From: a virus
Taxonomy: Duplodnaviria; Heunggongvirae; Uroviricota; Caudoviricetes
Direction: 5' to 3' (one strand)
Virus record (IMG/VR): IMGVR_UViG_2737471818_000001
DNA length: 32,870 nt
This document shows, piece by piece, positions 9,669 to 19,111 of this stretch. Every line of letters starts with the position of its first letter. Within the stretch, counting starts at the first letter, position 1. Made by a program: the position numbers and the translations under genes. Under the pieces are notes generated by a model. It saw nothing but the letters and a program-made list of their open reading frames with translations, was not told the origin of the DNA and made no database searches.

Positions 9669-10199
9669 TCATCCGGGATAAACCGTAATAATGTCGCCGT
9701 CATACACCACACCACCGACATACATATGACCGGGAATGTCCTGGATAATATTCAGGCCAATCAGGTGACGGCTGGCAGGTTTCGCATCCGCAATCAGGCG
9801 CTCCATTTCAAAATACATTTCCTCAGAAATGCCGCTTTCCAGCACACCAATATCAAGCCGGAATGTGCCGGGCGGGTCGCTGGTCTCCCACCACTCCGTG
9901 ACGTTGATGACATAGCCGAGTGGCTCCACCACCCGACGAACAGCACCGATAGTGCCTTTGTGGCAGTGAATGAAGTACGCATCACGGATGACCGCGCGCT
10001 TCGTTTCTTCCGGCCAGTTCTCATCCCAGCGGTCGACAGAAAACGCCCACGCCAGCCACGGCAGCAAACTTGCCGGGCAGGTGTCAGGACTCCACAGACG
10101 ACGCAGCGGGACGGGGGTGTTTTCGATATCCGCGCAGGCACGCGCCGCCGCCACCTCAAGCGGTGACGAGCCCACCGGCAACAGACGGGTATCACTCAT
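9669..10199 (-). CDS. I: Baseplate assembly protein I, 176 aa
   Basis: Synteny between J and H; similarity to P2 gpI as recalled. Confidence 0.85.
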   Translation of the reverse strand: MSDTRLLPVGSSPLEVAAARACADIENTPVPLRRLWSPDTCPASLLPWLAWAFSVDRWDENWPEETKRAVIRDAYFIHCHKGTIGAVRRVVEPLGYVINVTEWWETSDPPGTFRLDIGVLESGISEEMYFEMERLIADAKPASRHLIGLNIIQDIPGHMYVGGVVYDGDIITVYPG

Positions 10200-11100
10200 C
10201 CGAGCCCCCGATCACAATGCTGTAATCAGTGCAAAATGACGCCTGCGCACTGCTGAGCACGAGGTCAGCCACCGGCGCGGCCAGCTCCACACGCTGGACA
10301 CCCTCGACATGCAGCGCGGCATAAATGGCAGACAGGCGAATGTCACGCCCGAGGCGGTGCTGTGCACTGATATAGCCCTCCAGCTTTTTCACGGCAGCGG
10401 CGCGAATGGGTTCACTCTCGGGACCGGGATAGAGATAAAGCGAGGCGGTTATCTGGTAGTTAACAATGTCGGCTGACTGCACCGTCACACGGTCTGCGAC
10501 CGGCCTGACATCTTCGGCGTTAAGTGCGTTACGTACCACGGCGAGCAGCTCATCAGAGGCGACGCCGTTGTTTTCACGCGACAGCACAGAAATCGTCACA
10601 CAGGCGGGGGACGGACTGGTTACTGAGATATCTGCGACCCGCCCGTCAGCGCTGCGGCCATGAAACTGATAAGCGCCGACAGACCCGGCCACGCTCATTC
10701 CTTCAAACGCCTGCTGAATGCGCAGACGGTAATCGGTGTCCGACTCCATAACGGCAGGTGTGGGCGGCAGTGTGGTCTCATCGGCAGGCGTGATAACAAG
10801 ACGCCCGACGCTGAAATTTGCACCGATATTATCGAGGTCATTACCGGCGGCATACGCCAGCATGACCGCGCGCGCCGATTCATTCACGCGCTGACGCCAG
10901 ATAACCTCCCGGTAAGCGTTCTCCTGCAGCAGCTTAACAACCGGCTCAGATTCAAGTGTCAGCGTGCGCGCGACCGCCTCCTGCTGTTCCTCGGGATACA
11001 GTGAGACAAGCGTCGCCTTTCGCTCTGCCAGAATGGTTTCATAATCCAGCTCATCCACCACATCAGGCGCAGCGAGCAGGCTCAGGTCAACAATAGCCAT
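10192..11100 (-). CDS. J: Baseplate protein J, 302 aa
   Basis: Similarity to P2 gpJ as recalled; overlaps the I start. Confidence 0.85.
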   Translation of the reverse strand: MAIVDLSLLAAPDVVDELDYETILAERKATLVSLYPEEQQEAVARTLTLESEPVVKLLQENAYREVIWRQRVNESARAVMLAYAAGNDLDNIGANFSVGRLVITPADETTLPPTPAVMESDTDYRLRIQQAFEGMSVAGSVGAYQFHGRSADGRVADISVTSPSPACVTISVLSRENNGVASDELLAVVRNALNAEDVRPVADRVTVQSADIVNYQITASLYLYPGPESEPIRAAAVKKLEGYISAQHRLGRDIRLSAIYAALHVEGVQRVELAAPVADLVLSSAQASFCTDYSIVIGGSDE

Positions 11101-11105
11101 AGTGT

Positions 11106-11456
11106 TTAACTCAGTGGAATGGTGATAGAAAAGGGCTGGCCTGACGTCGACCGCGTGCCGGTGATATCGACATACATCGCGCCGTCATTCTCCCCGCGTT
11201 CAAAGGTGATGGTCGTCAGGCTGACGCGTGGCTCCCACTTCTGGATCGCGGAATAGCACGCGGCCATAATCTGCAGGCGTAGCGCCGGGGTCTGCGGCTG
11301 ATCAATAAGCGCCGACAGCAGCGAGCCGTATTCACGACGCATCACACGCGAGCCAACCGGCGTGACCAGAATGTCGCGCACGCTCTGCCTGATATGCTCA
11401 ACCTCAGAAATACTGAGCCCGGTATGACTGTTCATGCCCAGATAGCTCGTTGTCAT
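11106..11456 (-). CDS. W: Baseplate wedge protein W, 116 aa
   Basis: gpW/gp25-like small baseplate protein; synteny V-W-J. Confidence 0.85.
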   Translation of the reverse strand: MTTSYLGMNSHTGLSISEVEHIRQSVRDILVTPVGSRVMRREYGSLLSALIDQPQTPALRLQIMAACYSAIQKWEPRVSLTTITFERGENDGAMYVDITGTRSTSGQPFSITIPLS

Positions 11457-12094
11457 TTTGTCCCCTGCGTCCAGCTATCCCCGCCTTTAACACCGCCGTG
11501 GCCGTGGTCATCCACCTGCACACCGTTTGATTTAAACGTGCCGCCGCCGTGCTCGATGTTGCCGCTCATCTTCCCGCCCTTTTGCACCTCAAGCGTGGCC
11601 GTGGTCAGTTTGTTGGTGCAGACCACCTCGGGGGTATCGAGTGTGATACGGGTGGACGCCTTGACCAGTACCAGCGGCACAGTTGCGGTAATGGCGTCTG
11701 ACGCGGTGACGTCAGCGGTTTTAATACCACTCACCGTGAGTGACCCGCTTTCAGGCTCATACTCGATAACCGCCCCGTCAGGAAAGGAAATGTGAAGGGC
11801 ATCAGGCGAGGCCGACGGCGCGGGATGGTCATCAGAGAAAATGCCGGGCAGCACAAAAGCGGTGTCGAGCTCGCCGCCAATGGCAAGAATCAGCACCTGC
11901 TCGCCAACCGAAGGAGCCCACCAGGCACGCGAGCGACCGGCGCGGCAGGTCAGCCAGTTTAGCCAGGTGGTTTGCATCCCGCCGGTCTGGACACGGCAGA
12001 GCCCCTCATCGGGATTGACTGCAGTCACAATGCCGGTGCGGATAAGATTACGGATAGCGCGGGCGATATCCTGAATGGAATTTAAAGTATTCAT
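11453..12094 (-). CDS. V: Baseplate spike protein V, about 213 aa from MNTLNSIQDIARAIRNLIR
   Basis: Similarity to P2 gpV as recalled; ATG at 12092-12094. The track ORF extends upstream only through a non-ATG start. Confidence 0.85.
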   Translation of the reverse strand: MNTLNSIQDIARAIRNLIRTGIVTAVNPDEGLCRVQTGGMQTTWLNWLTCRAGRSRAWWAPSVGEQVLILAIGGELDTAFVLPGIFSDDHPAPSASPDALHISFPDGAVIEYEPESGSLTVSGIKTADVTASDAITATVPLVLVKASTRITLDTPEVVCTNKLTTATLEVQKGGKMSGNIEHGGGTFKSNGVQVDDHGHGGVKGGDSWTQGTK

Positions 12095-12429
12095 GGGGAA
12101 AGGATGCCGCCGGGGAAGGCCAGCGGCAATCGGGCGGGGTTTTGTGGGGGTTGAAACAACAACCAACAACCCAGAAAAACTATTTCCTAATTGCTCAATG
12201 CTTATAAGTAATTATCCAAATCCTTCCATAAGCCCCACTTACAAGCCAACAATGAACATCGTTACCACAAGTAACTTTTTGTGACCCCCTATCCAGTTAA
12301 AATAGCGCAGAATAAAGCATAAAAATTGAAACTATGGATAACCACATTGGAAAGATTTATACTTGTTAATATGTTAACCATTTGAAACCACTGCAGTTCA
12401 AACTTCTGAAAAGGAGCAATTTTCAACCT

Positions 12430-13359
12430 ATGGAAGTAACATTAAGCTTGAAAGATATTACGTCAATTATTGCAATAATCATCTCTCTTATTGCATTATA
12501 TTTTGCCGTAAGTAATTATAGGCGAAAATCCGGCACTCATATAAGAGGTCAATTTTGTATAAGTGAAAGTATAAACGCTGAAGACAAATACATCAGCAGT
12601 ATTACTTTGGAAAATTTCAAAGACAAATCCGTTATAATTTTCAAGATCTTCCTAAGAGTTGGAAGTAACTATTACATAGAGATTGATGACTTCGAGCGAG
12701 CCCCAAAAATACTAAAACCGTATGAATCCTATACTAATAACTACGACCCCGTGGATTTTTACTGTTTAAACATGAATCGTATTAATCTTAACAAACTTTT
12801 GAATTCAAAAAAAACAAAGATTAATATTGTGCTATCCACCTCTCATGGTAAGTATGTGGTAAAAGAATGGATAAATCTGTGGGATCCCATATATGATTTT
12901 TTCAAAAACCATATGACAGCTTATATCATCCCAATGACACCCATTGAAAAGGTGGGGTATTTTGGCTATAATTTCAAATACTTAGTCAAATTAAAAACTG
13001 AGGATGGATATAAAGAAACCATTCCAATTTATTCTAGTGACATTAATTACCCCAGGTTTAATAAATTTAGACTAACAGTGGAGTCACTTTCATCACGTGA
13101 AAAACTTGAAGACTTCCTAATAAATCAGATGATAATCGGAAATCTTAAATGTACTGATATTGAAGTTATCGACGCTGAACAACTAAGAAAAAGAAGTTAT
13201 CACCACGAATTTAAAGAAGAATATGAAGCAAAGCACTATAGTCTATTTTTCTATTTAGTTATTGGGAGACTATTAACCGTCTTTAGCAACATCAGGCTTC
13301 ACTTCATCAACCTCAAAAACAAAAAAAAGAGAAAACAATCCAACAATACAGACAGATAA
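12430..13359 (+). CDS. Low-GC cargo protein, 309 aa, with an N-terminal transmembrane anchor; function unknown
   Basis: ATG at 12430 preceded by AAGGAG (12411-12416); hydrophobic helix ITSIIAIIISLIALYFAV; Lys/Asn-rich; strongly AT-rich relative to flanking V and S; opposite strand to the late operons. Confidence 0.7.
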   Translation: MEVTLSLKDITSIIAIIISLIALYFAVSNYRRKSGTHIRGQFCISESINAEDKYISSITLENFKDKSVIIFKIFLRVGSNYYIEIDDFERAPKILKPYESYTNNYDPVDFYCLNMNRINLNKLLNSKKTKINIVLSTSHGKYVVKEWINLWDPIYDFFKNHMTAYIIPMTPIEKVGYFGYNFKYLVKLKTEDGYKETIPIYSSDINYPRFNKFRLTVESLSSREKLEDFLINQMIIGNLKCTDIEVIDAEQLRKRSYHHEFKEEYEAKHYSLFFYLVIGRLLTVFSNIRLHFINLKNKKKRKQSNNTDR

Positions 13360-13378
13360 TTAATTTTTATAAATAGTA

Positions 13379-13425
13379 GTAAGATGTGAACAACCATTAA
13401 ATCGTATGAATTGCTCACATCTTAC
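13379..13425. terminator. Hairpin between the cargo gene and S, possible bidirectional terminator
   Basis: Inverted repeat GTAAGATGTGA(ACAA) ... (TTGC)TCACATCTTAC with a loop of about 17 nt, placed between two convergent genes. Confidence 0.4.
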
Positions 13426-13430
13426 CCTAA

Positions 13431-13877
13431 TCACCCCAAATGCTTTACAATCAACATATCTATGAGCTGTTTATCGTCTTGGTTAAATCCGAGTAACTGG
13501 CGTTCCGGGTATTGCACGTCCTGAGCGTGAGGGTTAGGCCTGTCTTTGAGTCCGAGCTGATGAATCTGTGCAATACGTTGCACTTTGCCGGTAAACTCCA
13601 CCACAGCAGCATCATTGCGGCCACTGGCTTTCATGTAGCGACTCGTTCGCAGCTTCTGAAACATCGCCCGTTTAATTCGCCCTTTTTTTGCCCTGAGCGG
13701 CTGACGCTTTCTCTCCTGATATGGTGTGCCGTCAGGCGCTTTTTGCTGTTTGATACGTTGCTGTTGCGATTTGCGCAGTTCCTTAGCTATTTCTGCAGCC
13801 AGCTTACGCCGCGACTCTGGTGACAATGCCCCGATAAGCCCCGCAAGTTTGTCGTCAAAAGGCTTTAATTCATTCAT
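13431..13877 (-). CDS. S: Tail completion protein S, 148 aa
   Basis: Similarity to P2 gpS as recalled; synteny R-S. Confidence 0.85.
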   Translation of the reverse strand: MNELKPFDDKLAGLIGALSPESRRKLAAEIAKELRKSQQQRIKQQKAPDGTPYQERKRQPLRAKKGRIKRAMFQKLRTSRYMKASGRNDAAVVEFTGKVQRIAQIHQLGLKDRPNPHAQDVQYPERQLLGFNQDDKQLIDMLIVKHLG

Positions 13878-14337
13878 CCCATTTACTCACCAGCTCACCA
13901 TTGATATAGAGTTCGGTCGGACGGGTGACAGGCTCCGGCAGGGGTGGCTCCGGGACATAGCTAACATGTAACGCGCCGTTTTCTTCCCGGACAAGGGTGC
14001 GCTCAGTCAGTTGCAGGCTGATACTGATATCAACATTATCCCCGTCATTTAAATCCATCTGGAATCGATAGCCCTTTTTGCGCCCCTCATCAAGCGTGCA
14101 GATATCCGGCTGGTTTTCTCGCAGCCACGCCGCCACCGGCACAAAAATCAGGTCGGGATCGCCAACAAAGTCACACACAATCACATTCAGCGTGTATTTC
14201 TTTTCATGGGACAACGAGGCCGCGAGACGCGCATCGATATTCCCCTCATCGGCAAAGATGCGCATCATCTCGGGGTTATTCAGGAGCTGCGGGACGGCGT
14301 CATTCAGCGCTTTGCGCAGGCTTTTCATTTTCTGCAT
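13870..14337 (-). CDS. R: Tail completion protein R, about 155 aa from the ATG at 14337 (or 14328)
   Basis: ...LNVIVCDFVGDPDLIFVPVAAWLRENQPDI...ELYINGELVSKWDE resembles P2 gpR as recalled; the longer track ORF begins at a non-ATG start. Confidence 0.8.
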   Translation of the reverse strand: MQKMKSLRKALNDAVPQLLNNPEMMRIFADEGNIDARLAASLSHEKKYTLNVIVCDFVGDPDLIFVPVAAWLRENQPDICTLDEGRKKGYRFQMDLNDGDNVDISISLQLTERTLVREENGALHVSYVPEPPLPEPVTRPTELYINGELVSKWDE

Positions 14338-14590
14338 CGATTCTATCCTGACAGTCTTTGATGGTTTCGACCTTAATCGCACAGGCGGTGAGCGCATGCT
14401 CAAGCCTGCGAATATCGACACTCAGATCACCGTTAGTGACGGGCTCGCTTCCCGGCATCGGGCAGAGGCTCACCTTCGGACAGGCGTTGTATACAACGGG
14501 CGGCGGAGGCGCAGCCTGTTCGGATGTGCAACCGGCGCACAGCATCAGGCAGCTTATCGCTGTACCAGCGGCGTAACGTCTCGTTTTCAT
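14300..14590 (-). CDS. lysC: LysC, Rz1-like outer-membrane spanin, 96 aa
   Basis: Cys-containing hydrophobic N-terminus followed by a proline-rich stretch (AAPPPPVVY); lies in the +1 frame overlapping lysB as in P2. Confidence 0.7.
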   Translation of the reverse strand: MKTRRYAAGTAISCLMLCAGCTSEQAAPPPPVVYNACPKVSLCPMPGSEPVTNGDLSVDIRRLEHALTACAIKVETIKDCQDRIDAENEKPAQSAE

Positions 14591-14858
14591 TCATCAGCCT
14601 CGTTATAGTTTCTTCCCGTCTTGCCGCCTGCTCACCGGCAACGGCCAGCTCATCTCCGAGTCTGACTTGCGCATCCTCATTCGCCCTGGCGATTCGCTGC
14701 GATACGGCAAGTTGATTTTTCAGCATGCCAATCGTTGTCTTTTGCGCACTGGCAACACGGTTCGCTTTCTCAAAGGAACGGGATAAACTCGCGTTATCGT
14801 GCCGTAGCCACAGCACCACGGCGAGCAACCCGGCCAGCAGAATCATCAGCACTTTCAT
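14433..14858 (-). CDS. lysB: LysB, Rz-like inner-membrane spanin, about 141 aa from MKVLMILLAGLLAVVLW
   Basis: N-terminal transmembrane helix then a coiled-coil-like region; ATG at 14856-14858 overlaps the K stop. Confidence 0.75.
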   Translation of the reverse strand: MKVLMILLAGLLAVVLWLRHDNASLSRSFEKANRVASAQKTTIGMLKNQLAVSQRIARANEDAQVRLGDELAVAGEQAARREETITRLMNENETLRRWYSDKLPDAVRRLHIRTGCASAARCIQRLSEGEPLPDAGKRARH

Positions 14859-15364
14859 GGCATCCCCTTTACGCAGTAAGCCCGTTCCCGCGCGCGGCGG
14901 TTCTCCAGCCCTTTGTTTTTTGTGCCGTTGACATACACCCAGCGGGTGAGCTGGTCGCACGCCTGCCACCACTGATGACGTTTGATATACGAGACCAGCG
15001 TCGACCTGCAGGCCGCACCGGTTCCGACGTTAAACGCAAAACTGACCAGCGAGTCATAGACGCGCGGTGGCATATCCACCGGCACACAGACCGCGAGCCG
15101 TTGCTCGACGTTGAGCACATCGGAAACGAGATTCTCCGCCGCCTGTTGCTCGGTGATATCCCCTTTCGGGACCACCCCGGCAGTGTGCCCGATGCCCGAC
15201 GTCCACACTCCCGCGCTGCACTGGTAAGGTGTCAGGCGACATCCTTCGAGGTCGGCAATCAGTGCCAGCCCCTCGGGCGAGGTGTTCAGCAGACGAAAGT
15301 CAGGCATCAGCGCGGCCAGCACCAGCACGGCGGCCACACTGCAGCGTTTAATGATTGAGCTCAC
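14855..15364 (-). CDS. K: Endolysin K, T4-lysozyme-like with a signal-anchor (SAR-type) N-terminus, 169 aa
   Basis: E...C...T catalytic-triad-like motif in LIADLEGCRLTPYQCSAGVWTSGIGHT; hydrophobic N-terminus SVAAVLVLAAL. The start at 15364 is GTG; an alternative ATG is at 15307. Confidence 0.75.
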   Translation of the reverse strand: MSSIIKRCSVAAVLVLAALMPDFRLLNTSPEGLALIADLEGCRLTPYQCSAGVWTSGIGHTAGVVPKGDITEQQAAENLVSDVLNVEQRLAVCVPVDMPPRVYDSLVSFAFNVGTGAACRSTLVSYIKRHQWWQACDQLTRWVYVNGTKNKGLENRRARERAYCVKGMP

Positions 15365-15569
15365 GGGCAGCCTCCTTATCGAGTCCGAGTGAGGTCAGGT
15401 AGCGGTAGGTTTTGCGCTTAAACCAGTAATTCGTCAGCGCGGTAAAAATGGCGCAGGCACTCCCCACATAGAGCGCCAGCTTTTCGGGGGACATCGCCCC
15501 GAAATACGCCAGCCCCACGGCCAGCCAGTAAGCGATAAACGTCGTGATTTTTTCCACACTCAGTCCCAT
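15348..15569 (-). CDS. Y: Holin, 73 aa, two predicted transmembrane helices
   Basis: Small membrane protein located between X and the endolysin, the holin position in P2. Confidence 0.7.
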   Translation of the reverse strand: MGLSVEKITTFIAYWLAVGLAYFGAMSPEKLALYVGSACAIFTALTNYWFKRKTYRYLTSLGLDKEAARELNH

Positions 15570-15763
15570 AAATTCACCGTCTCGGTTTTCGGGGCGCTGT
15601 CGGTTTCGGGCAGTTCGATTGCAGTGCCTTGCGGCAGAATAACGCCCAGCTCCGACAGCCCCGGATTTGCCTGCAGCACCGCTTCAACGACGCCCTCAGT
15701 GCGCCCGTAATACCTGGCGCAAATCGCATCGAGGGTGTCACCCTGCATCGCCCTGACCTTCAT
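15560..15763 (-). CDS. X: Tail protein X, about 67 aa from MKVRAMQGDTLDAICARYYGRTEG
   Basis: Similarity to P2 gpX as recalled; ATG at 15761-15763 forms an ATGA overlap with the L stop. Confidence 0.8.
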   Translation of the reverse strand: MKVRAMQGDTLDAICARYYGRTEGVVEAVLQANPGLSELGVILPQGTAIELPETDSAPKTETVNLWD

Positions 15764-16269
15764 CAGATTTGACCGACAATACAGCGCGGCTTGTCCTGAA
15801 TACGCGCCACAGACCAGCGCATATCCCGCCACAGCTCATCGATAACCGCCTCGGTGCTTTCCGCCTTGCGGTCGCCTCTTGCCGTCGCATCGATGCCGCG
15901 ATAGCGCTCAAACAGCGTGGCACTGGTCATGGCGCAGACAGCGCGGAAATAGTGGAAACAGCGCACGCTTTCGCCATCGATATTATCGGCAGGCACATCG
16001 GCCAGCGTGTCATGCCCTGCGACCATCTGCTCAACCCGCCACAGGGCAAGCTCCGCATTGGTTTCAGCCATACCGGCTTTAATCGCATCATTCAGGCGCA
16101 GCGCGGAAACGGTCTGCTCCAGACGCATCAGCTCGCGCACACGCTTCGGATCCACATCAGGGAAAAAGAAGGTATTTTTTATTACCGGCTCGCTCACGCC
16201 CGGTGGTGGTATCACCACGCCCGGCACATCCTGCGACTCTTTTTTTGGCTCAATAATCACTGTCGTCAT
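15763..16269 (-). CDS. L: Head completion protein L, 168 aa
   Basis: Similarity to P2 gpL as recalled; synteny M-L-X. Confidence 0.85.
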   Translation of the reverse strand: MTTVIIEPKKESQDVPGVVIPPPGVSEPVIKNTFFFPDVDPKRVRELMRLEQTVSALRLNDAIKAGMAETNAELALWRVEQMVAGHDTLADVPADNIDGESVRCFHYFRAVCAMTSATLFERYRGIDATARGDRKAESTEAVIDELWRDMRWSVARIQDKPRCIVGQI

Positions 16270-16368
16270 GACAACCTCGGGTAATGGGTGGGCGGTGGAC
16301 GCCGGTCGCAGTCATGGCAATCAATACCCGCATTGACCGGCGTGCCGCCCGGCTCGGGGAGCGCTCTG

Positions 16369-17124
16369 TTAACCTGCGGCTTTTGCCGCTTTCGGGGGAC
16401 GCCCGCGCCGTGCCGCCGGTTTAGCGGCAGGTTTGCGCGTGCGCGGTTTATTCTGTTTTGGTGCAGGTTCTGCTTTTGGTTTCAGCGCACGCTCGAGCTG
16501 TTCAATATCCTTTTTCACACCGACAGTTCGCTCTAACTGGATCGCCCGCTGCAGGTGCGTCAGCGCGTCAGTCAGGCGGACATCCTCACGCAGCACGTAG
16601 CCGGTAATTTTGTGCAGCTTCGCGCGCACGATATCCGGCATGTCTGCCCGTTCGGTCAGTGCAATGGTGTCGAGCAGGAGCTGCAGCCCGACAGGCTGTT
16701 TCGCATCGAGCAGGCGCTGCGCTGACAGGGCGACCTCTTCGGCCAGCAGATACGGCGTGGTGCGCCGGTGGCCGCCGGTCGGCATGGTCAGGCCATAGGT
16801 CATCGCATAGCGGGCAATCTCCAGCGCACCGGCGATATCATCCGCATCGAGACGCCACAGCATGACGGTCATCACAATGTCATCCTGCGCCCCTTTTCCG
16901 GCGCTGAGGACACCCGACACCCACGGCAGATAGAACGGCAGCAGCTCACGCTTTTTGTCTGCCTTGCGTTCATTGGAGCGGATTTGTTTTAACGTGCGAC
17001 AGTCTGCGGCCAGCTTGACGAGCATCTGCTCATAGGCAGTTGCATTGCGCAGCGGAGCAGCAGCCCGCCGCGCAGTTTCAGAGGCCGAGACCCGCATCAT
17101 GTGACGCGCTGCGGGACTCGTCAT
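16369..17124 (-). CDS. M: Terminase small (endonuclease) subunit M, 251 aa
   Basis: Similarity to P2 gpM as recalled; synteny N-M-L. Confidence 0.85.
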   Translation of the reverse strand: MTSPAARHMMRVSASETARRAAAPLRNATAYEQMLVKLAADCRTLKQIRSNERKADKKRELLPFYLPWVSGVLSAGKGAQDDIVMTVMLWRLDADDIAGALEIARYAMTYGLTMPTGGHRRTTPYLLAEEVALSAQRLLDAKQPVGLQLLLDTIALTERADMPDIVRAKLHKITGYVLREDVRLTDALTHLQRAIQLERTVGVKKDIEQLERALKPKAEPAPKQNKPRTRKPAAKPAARRGRPPKAAKAAG

Positions 17125-17127
17125 GGC

Positions 17128-18195
17128 TTATTCCCCGCTTTCCGGTGCGGCAGGTGCAGTGAAGTCACCGAGGTTGATGTTTTCAATCAGGCAACCGGCG
17201 GCGTAAGCCTCGACCACATAGTCAATACTCATCGACTCGTAGTTTTCGACGCGGTCTTTCTTCGGCTCCTCAATGATGGCGCGGCGGTGCGCATCATCCA
17301 TGAAGTAAATCGACAGGTTATCGAGGCGCGTCACCATCAGGGCATTCGCCGGGAAGTACGGCACGCGCACAGCAGGCAGGTTGCCGATACGCTTCTGGCT
17401 GATGATGATGTCAGCAGCCAGCGTTTCGCTGTTTTCCTGCGCCTTGTTGACCAGCGGGAAATACTTATCCGCCATCAGCTTACGCCCAGTGATAACGACG
17501 AGCTCCGGGTCATCCTGATAAATCTCATCAATCAGGTTGGTGGTCGCATCCATCACCAGCGCATCGAGGTTTTCATAGTCGCCGTTTTTACCCACGCGGA
17601 TCACATCGGAAATGACCTTGCCGTCATCATCGGTGACGTTGGACATCACGCGCGCGGCAGCTTCATTGCGGTACTTCTGCAGCCAGCCCACCGCGACATC
17701 CTGCAGCATCGGGTTCGTTTTGCGGTTGGAAGTCTCCGCGCGGGTGATACCGTTGAAACCAGCCATGATGAAATCGAGCGACTGACGCTTGATAATCGCG
17801 TCGCGGATACGGGTCTGAAAGTCCTGAAAACGCGCCCACAGGTCGAGCTGTTTGTAACGGATATGGAAATCAAAGTTGATTTGCGCGCACTCGTATTTGT
17901 TGGATTCGAGCGCAGTGAAATCAGCGGTCTTACGCTCGTCATCGGCGGCGGTGTCCGTGGTGCTCGCAATCGTACCGTTGACGCCGACCCCGACTTTTTC
18001 GCCTTTCAGCTCGTCGACCGGCACGATATTGATTTTGGTCAGAAACGCGGATGACGCCTGCAGGGTGGTCATCAAGGTCTGCGTCACGGACGGCTCAACG
18101 GTGAATTTTTTCGCCACGTCATCGGTGTCGACGCCGTTCAGCTCCGCCACGCGGGACAGGTAAGCATTGAATTTAAAGCGGGTATCTTTACGCAT
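17128..18195 (-). CDS. N: Major capsid protein N, about 355 aa from MRKDTRFKFNAYLSRVAELNG
   Basis: Strong similarity to P2 gpN as recalled; ATG at 18193-18195 is preceded by AGGA. Confidence 0.9.
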   Translation of the reverse strand: MRKDTRFKFNAYLSRVAELNGVDTDDVAKKFTVEPSVTQTLMTTLQASSAFLTKINIVPVDELKGEKVGVGVNGTIASTTDTAADDERKTADFTALESNKYECAQINFDFHIRYKQLDLWARFQDFQTRIRDAIIKRQSLDFIMAGFNGITRAETSNRKTNPMLQDVAVGWLQKYRNEAAARVMSNVTDDDGKVISDVIRVGKNGDYENLDALVMDATTNLIDEIYQDDPELVVITGRKLMADKYFPLVNKAQENSETLAADIIISQKRIGNLPAVRVPYFPANALMVTRLDNLSIYFMDDAHRRAIIEEPKKDRVENYESMSIDYVVEAYAAGCLIENINLGDFTAPAAPESGE

Positions 18196-18256
18196 TGTTA
18201 TTCCTGTTTTTCTACAAAGGGGCATCAGGCCGGGTGACGCGCACCCGGCAGGTCTG

Positions 18257-19111
18257 TCAGCAGTTGGTCAGCAGCTCGTCGCCCGTTCCGCCTTTCGACT
18301 TCTCGCGGCGCGGCTGGCGATAGCTTTCGGTGTTATCGAGGGAGCTTTTCAGGGCGTTAAGCGCCTGCGCGCTCTGCGTGGTCTGGCTGGTCACGTCCTG
18401 CTTTAGCTGTGCAAAGGCGGTTTCCAGCTCAGTGACGCGCGTTTCGGTGGCGGTCAGGTTGGTCTGTACCTGCTCAGAGACGGCGGTCACCGCCTCATGC
18501 ACATCAGCAAGACGGGCGTCATCGCTGACCTGTTTGCGGCTGAAAATCGATTTGACCTTGTCGGTCAGGCTGTTGAGCATGGTCTCGGGAACATCCTCGA
18601 ATTCCAGCTCAGCAAGGGAGGCCACAGAGAAGAGGTCGCCCGGCTGGTCTTTTTTACCGGCGAGCGGGTTCTGCACCGCACGGCTGCAGAATTCGAGGTA
18701 TTCCGTGCCGAGGCTTGCCGGGTCATCGGTCACGGCGAGACCAATCAGATAGCATTTACCGGTATTTGAGAAATTCGGGCGAATTTCCATGGAGGTGTAA
18801 ACCTTCTGACCGGCACGCACCATGCTCACCAGTTCATCGAGCGGTGCAATCTTGCCGAACAGCGCTTTTTTGCCGTTCAGCGCAGAGTCATCACTGATGA
18901 TTTCCGCTTTCACTTCGGTCACGTCGCCATAGCGTTTAAACGGACTGTCAGGCCAGAGGCTTTTGATGTGTTCGAGGTTAATGCGGCAACCGTAGACGCG
19001 CGGGTCAAAGGTATCCGCCATGTCCTGAATGTCATCCCCGTTGATGACACGGCCATCGCAGGTGTCACCCTCGACGCCGATGCGAAACCATTTAGAAACT
19101 TTCTTTGCCAT
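18257..19111 (-). CDS. O: Capsid scaffolding protein O, 284 aa
   Basis: Similarity to P2 gpO as recalled; first gene of the O-N-M-L operon, divergent from P. Confidence 0.9.
   Translation of the reverse strand: MAKKVSKWFRIGVEGDTCDGRVINGDDIQDMADTFDPRVYGCRINLEHIKSLWPDSPFKRYGDVTEVKAEIISDDSALNGKKALFGKIAPLDELVSMVRAGQKVYTSMEIRPNFSNTGKCYLIGLAVTDDPASLGTEYLEFCSRAVQNPLAGKKDQPGDLFSVASLAELEFEDVPETMLNSLTDKVKSIFSRKQVSDDARLADVHEAVTAVSEQVQTNLTATETRVTELETAFAQLKQDVTSQTTQSAQALNALKSSLDNTESYRQPRREKSKGGTGDELLTNC

Noticed and set aside
8744-9688. 314-aa plus-strand ORF antisense to tail fiber H, with repeated [11 protein letters not shown]-like segments
   Set aside because: It is a mirror of the tandem repeats in H on the opposite strand, with no ribosome-binding site context; H on the minus strand is the supported gene.
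12075-12284. 69-aa plus-strand ORF spanning the V start and upstream region
   Set aside because: It overlaps the V start and its promoter region, lacks a ribosome-binding site and has no coding-like composition; the cargo gene proper begins at 12430.
17101-18054. 317-aa plus-strand ORF antisense to the major capsid gene N, plus similar antisense ORFs across T, FI, A and P
   Set aside because: Typical open antisense frames in GC-rich coding DNA; every one lies entirely within a well-supported P2-homologous gene.
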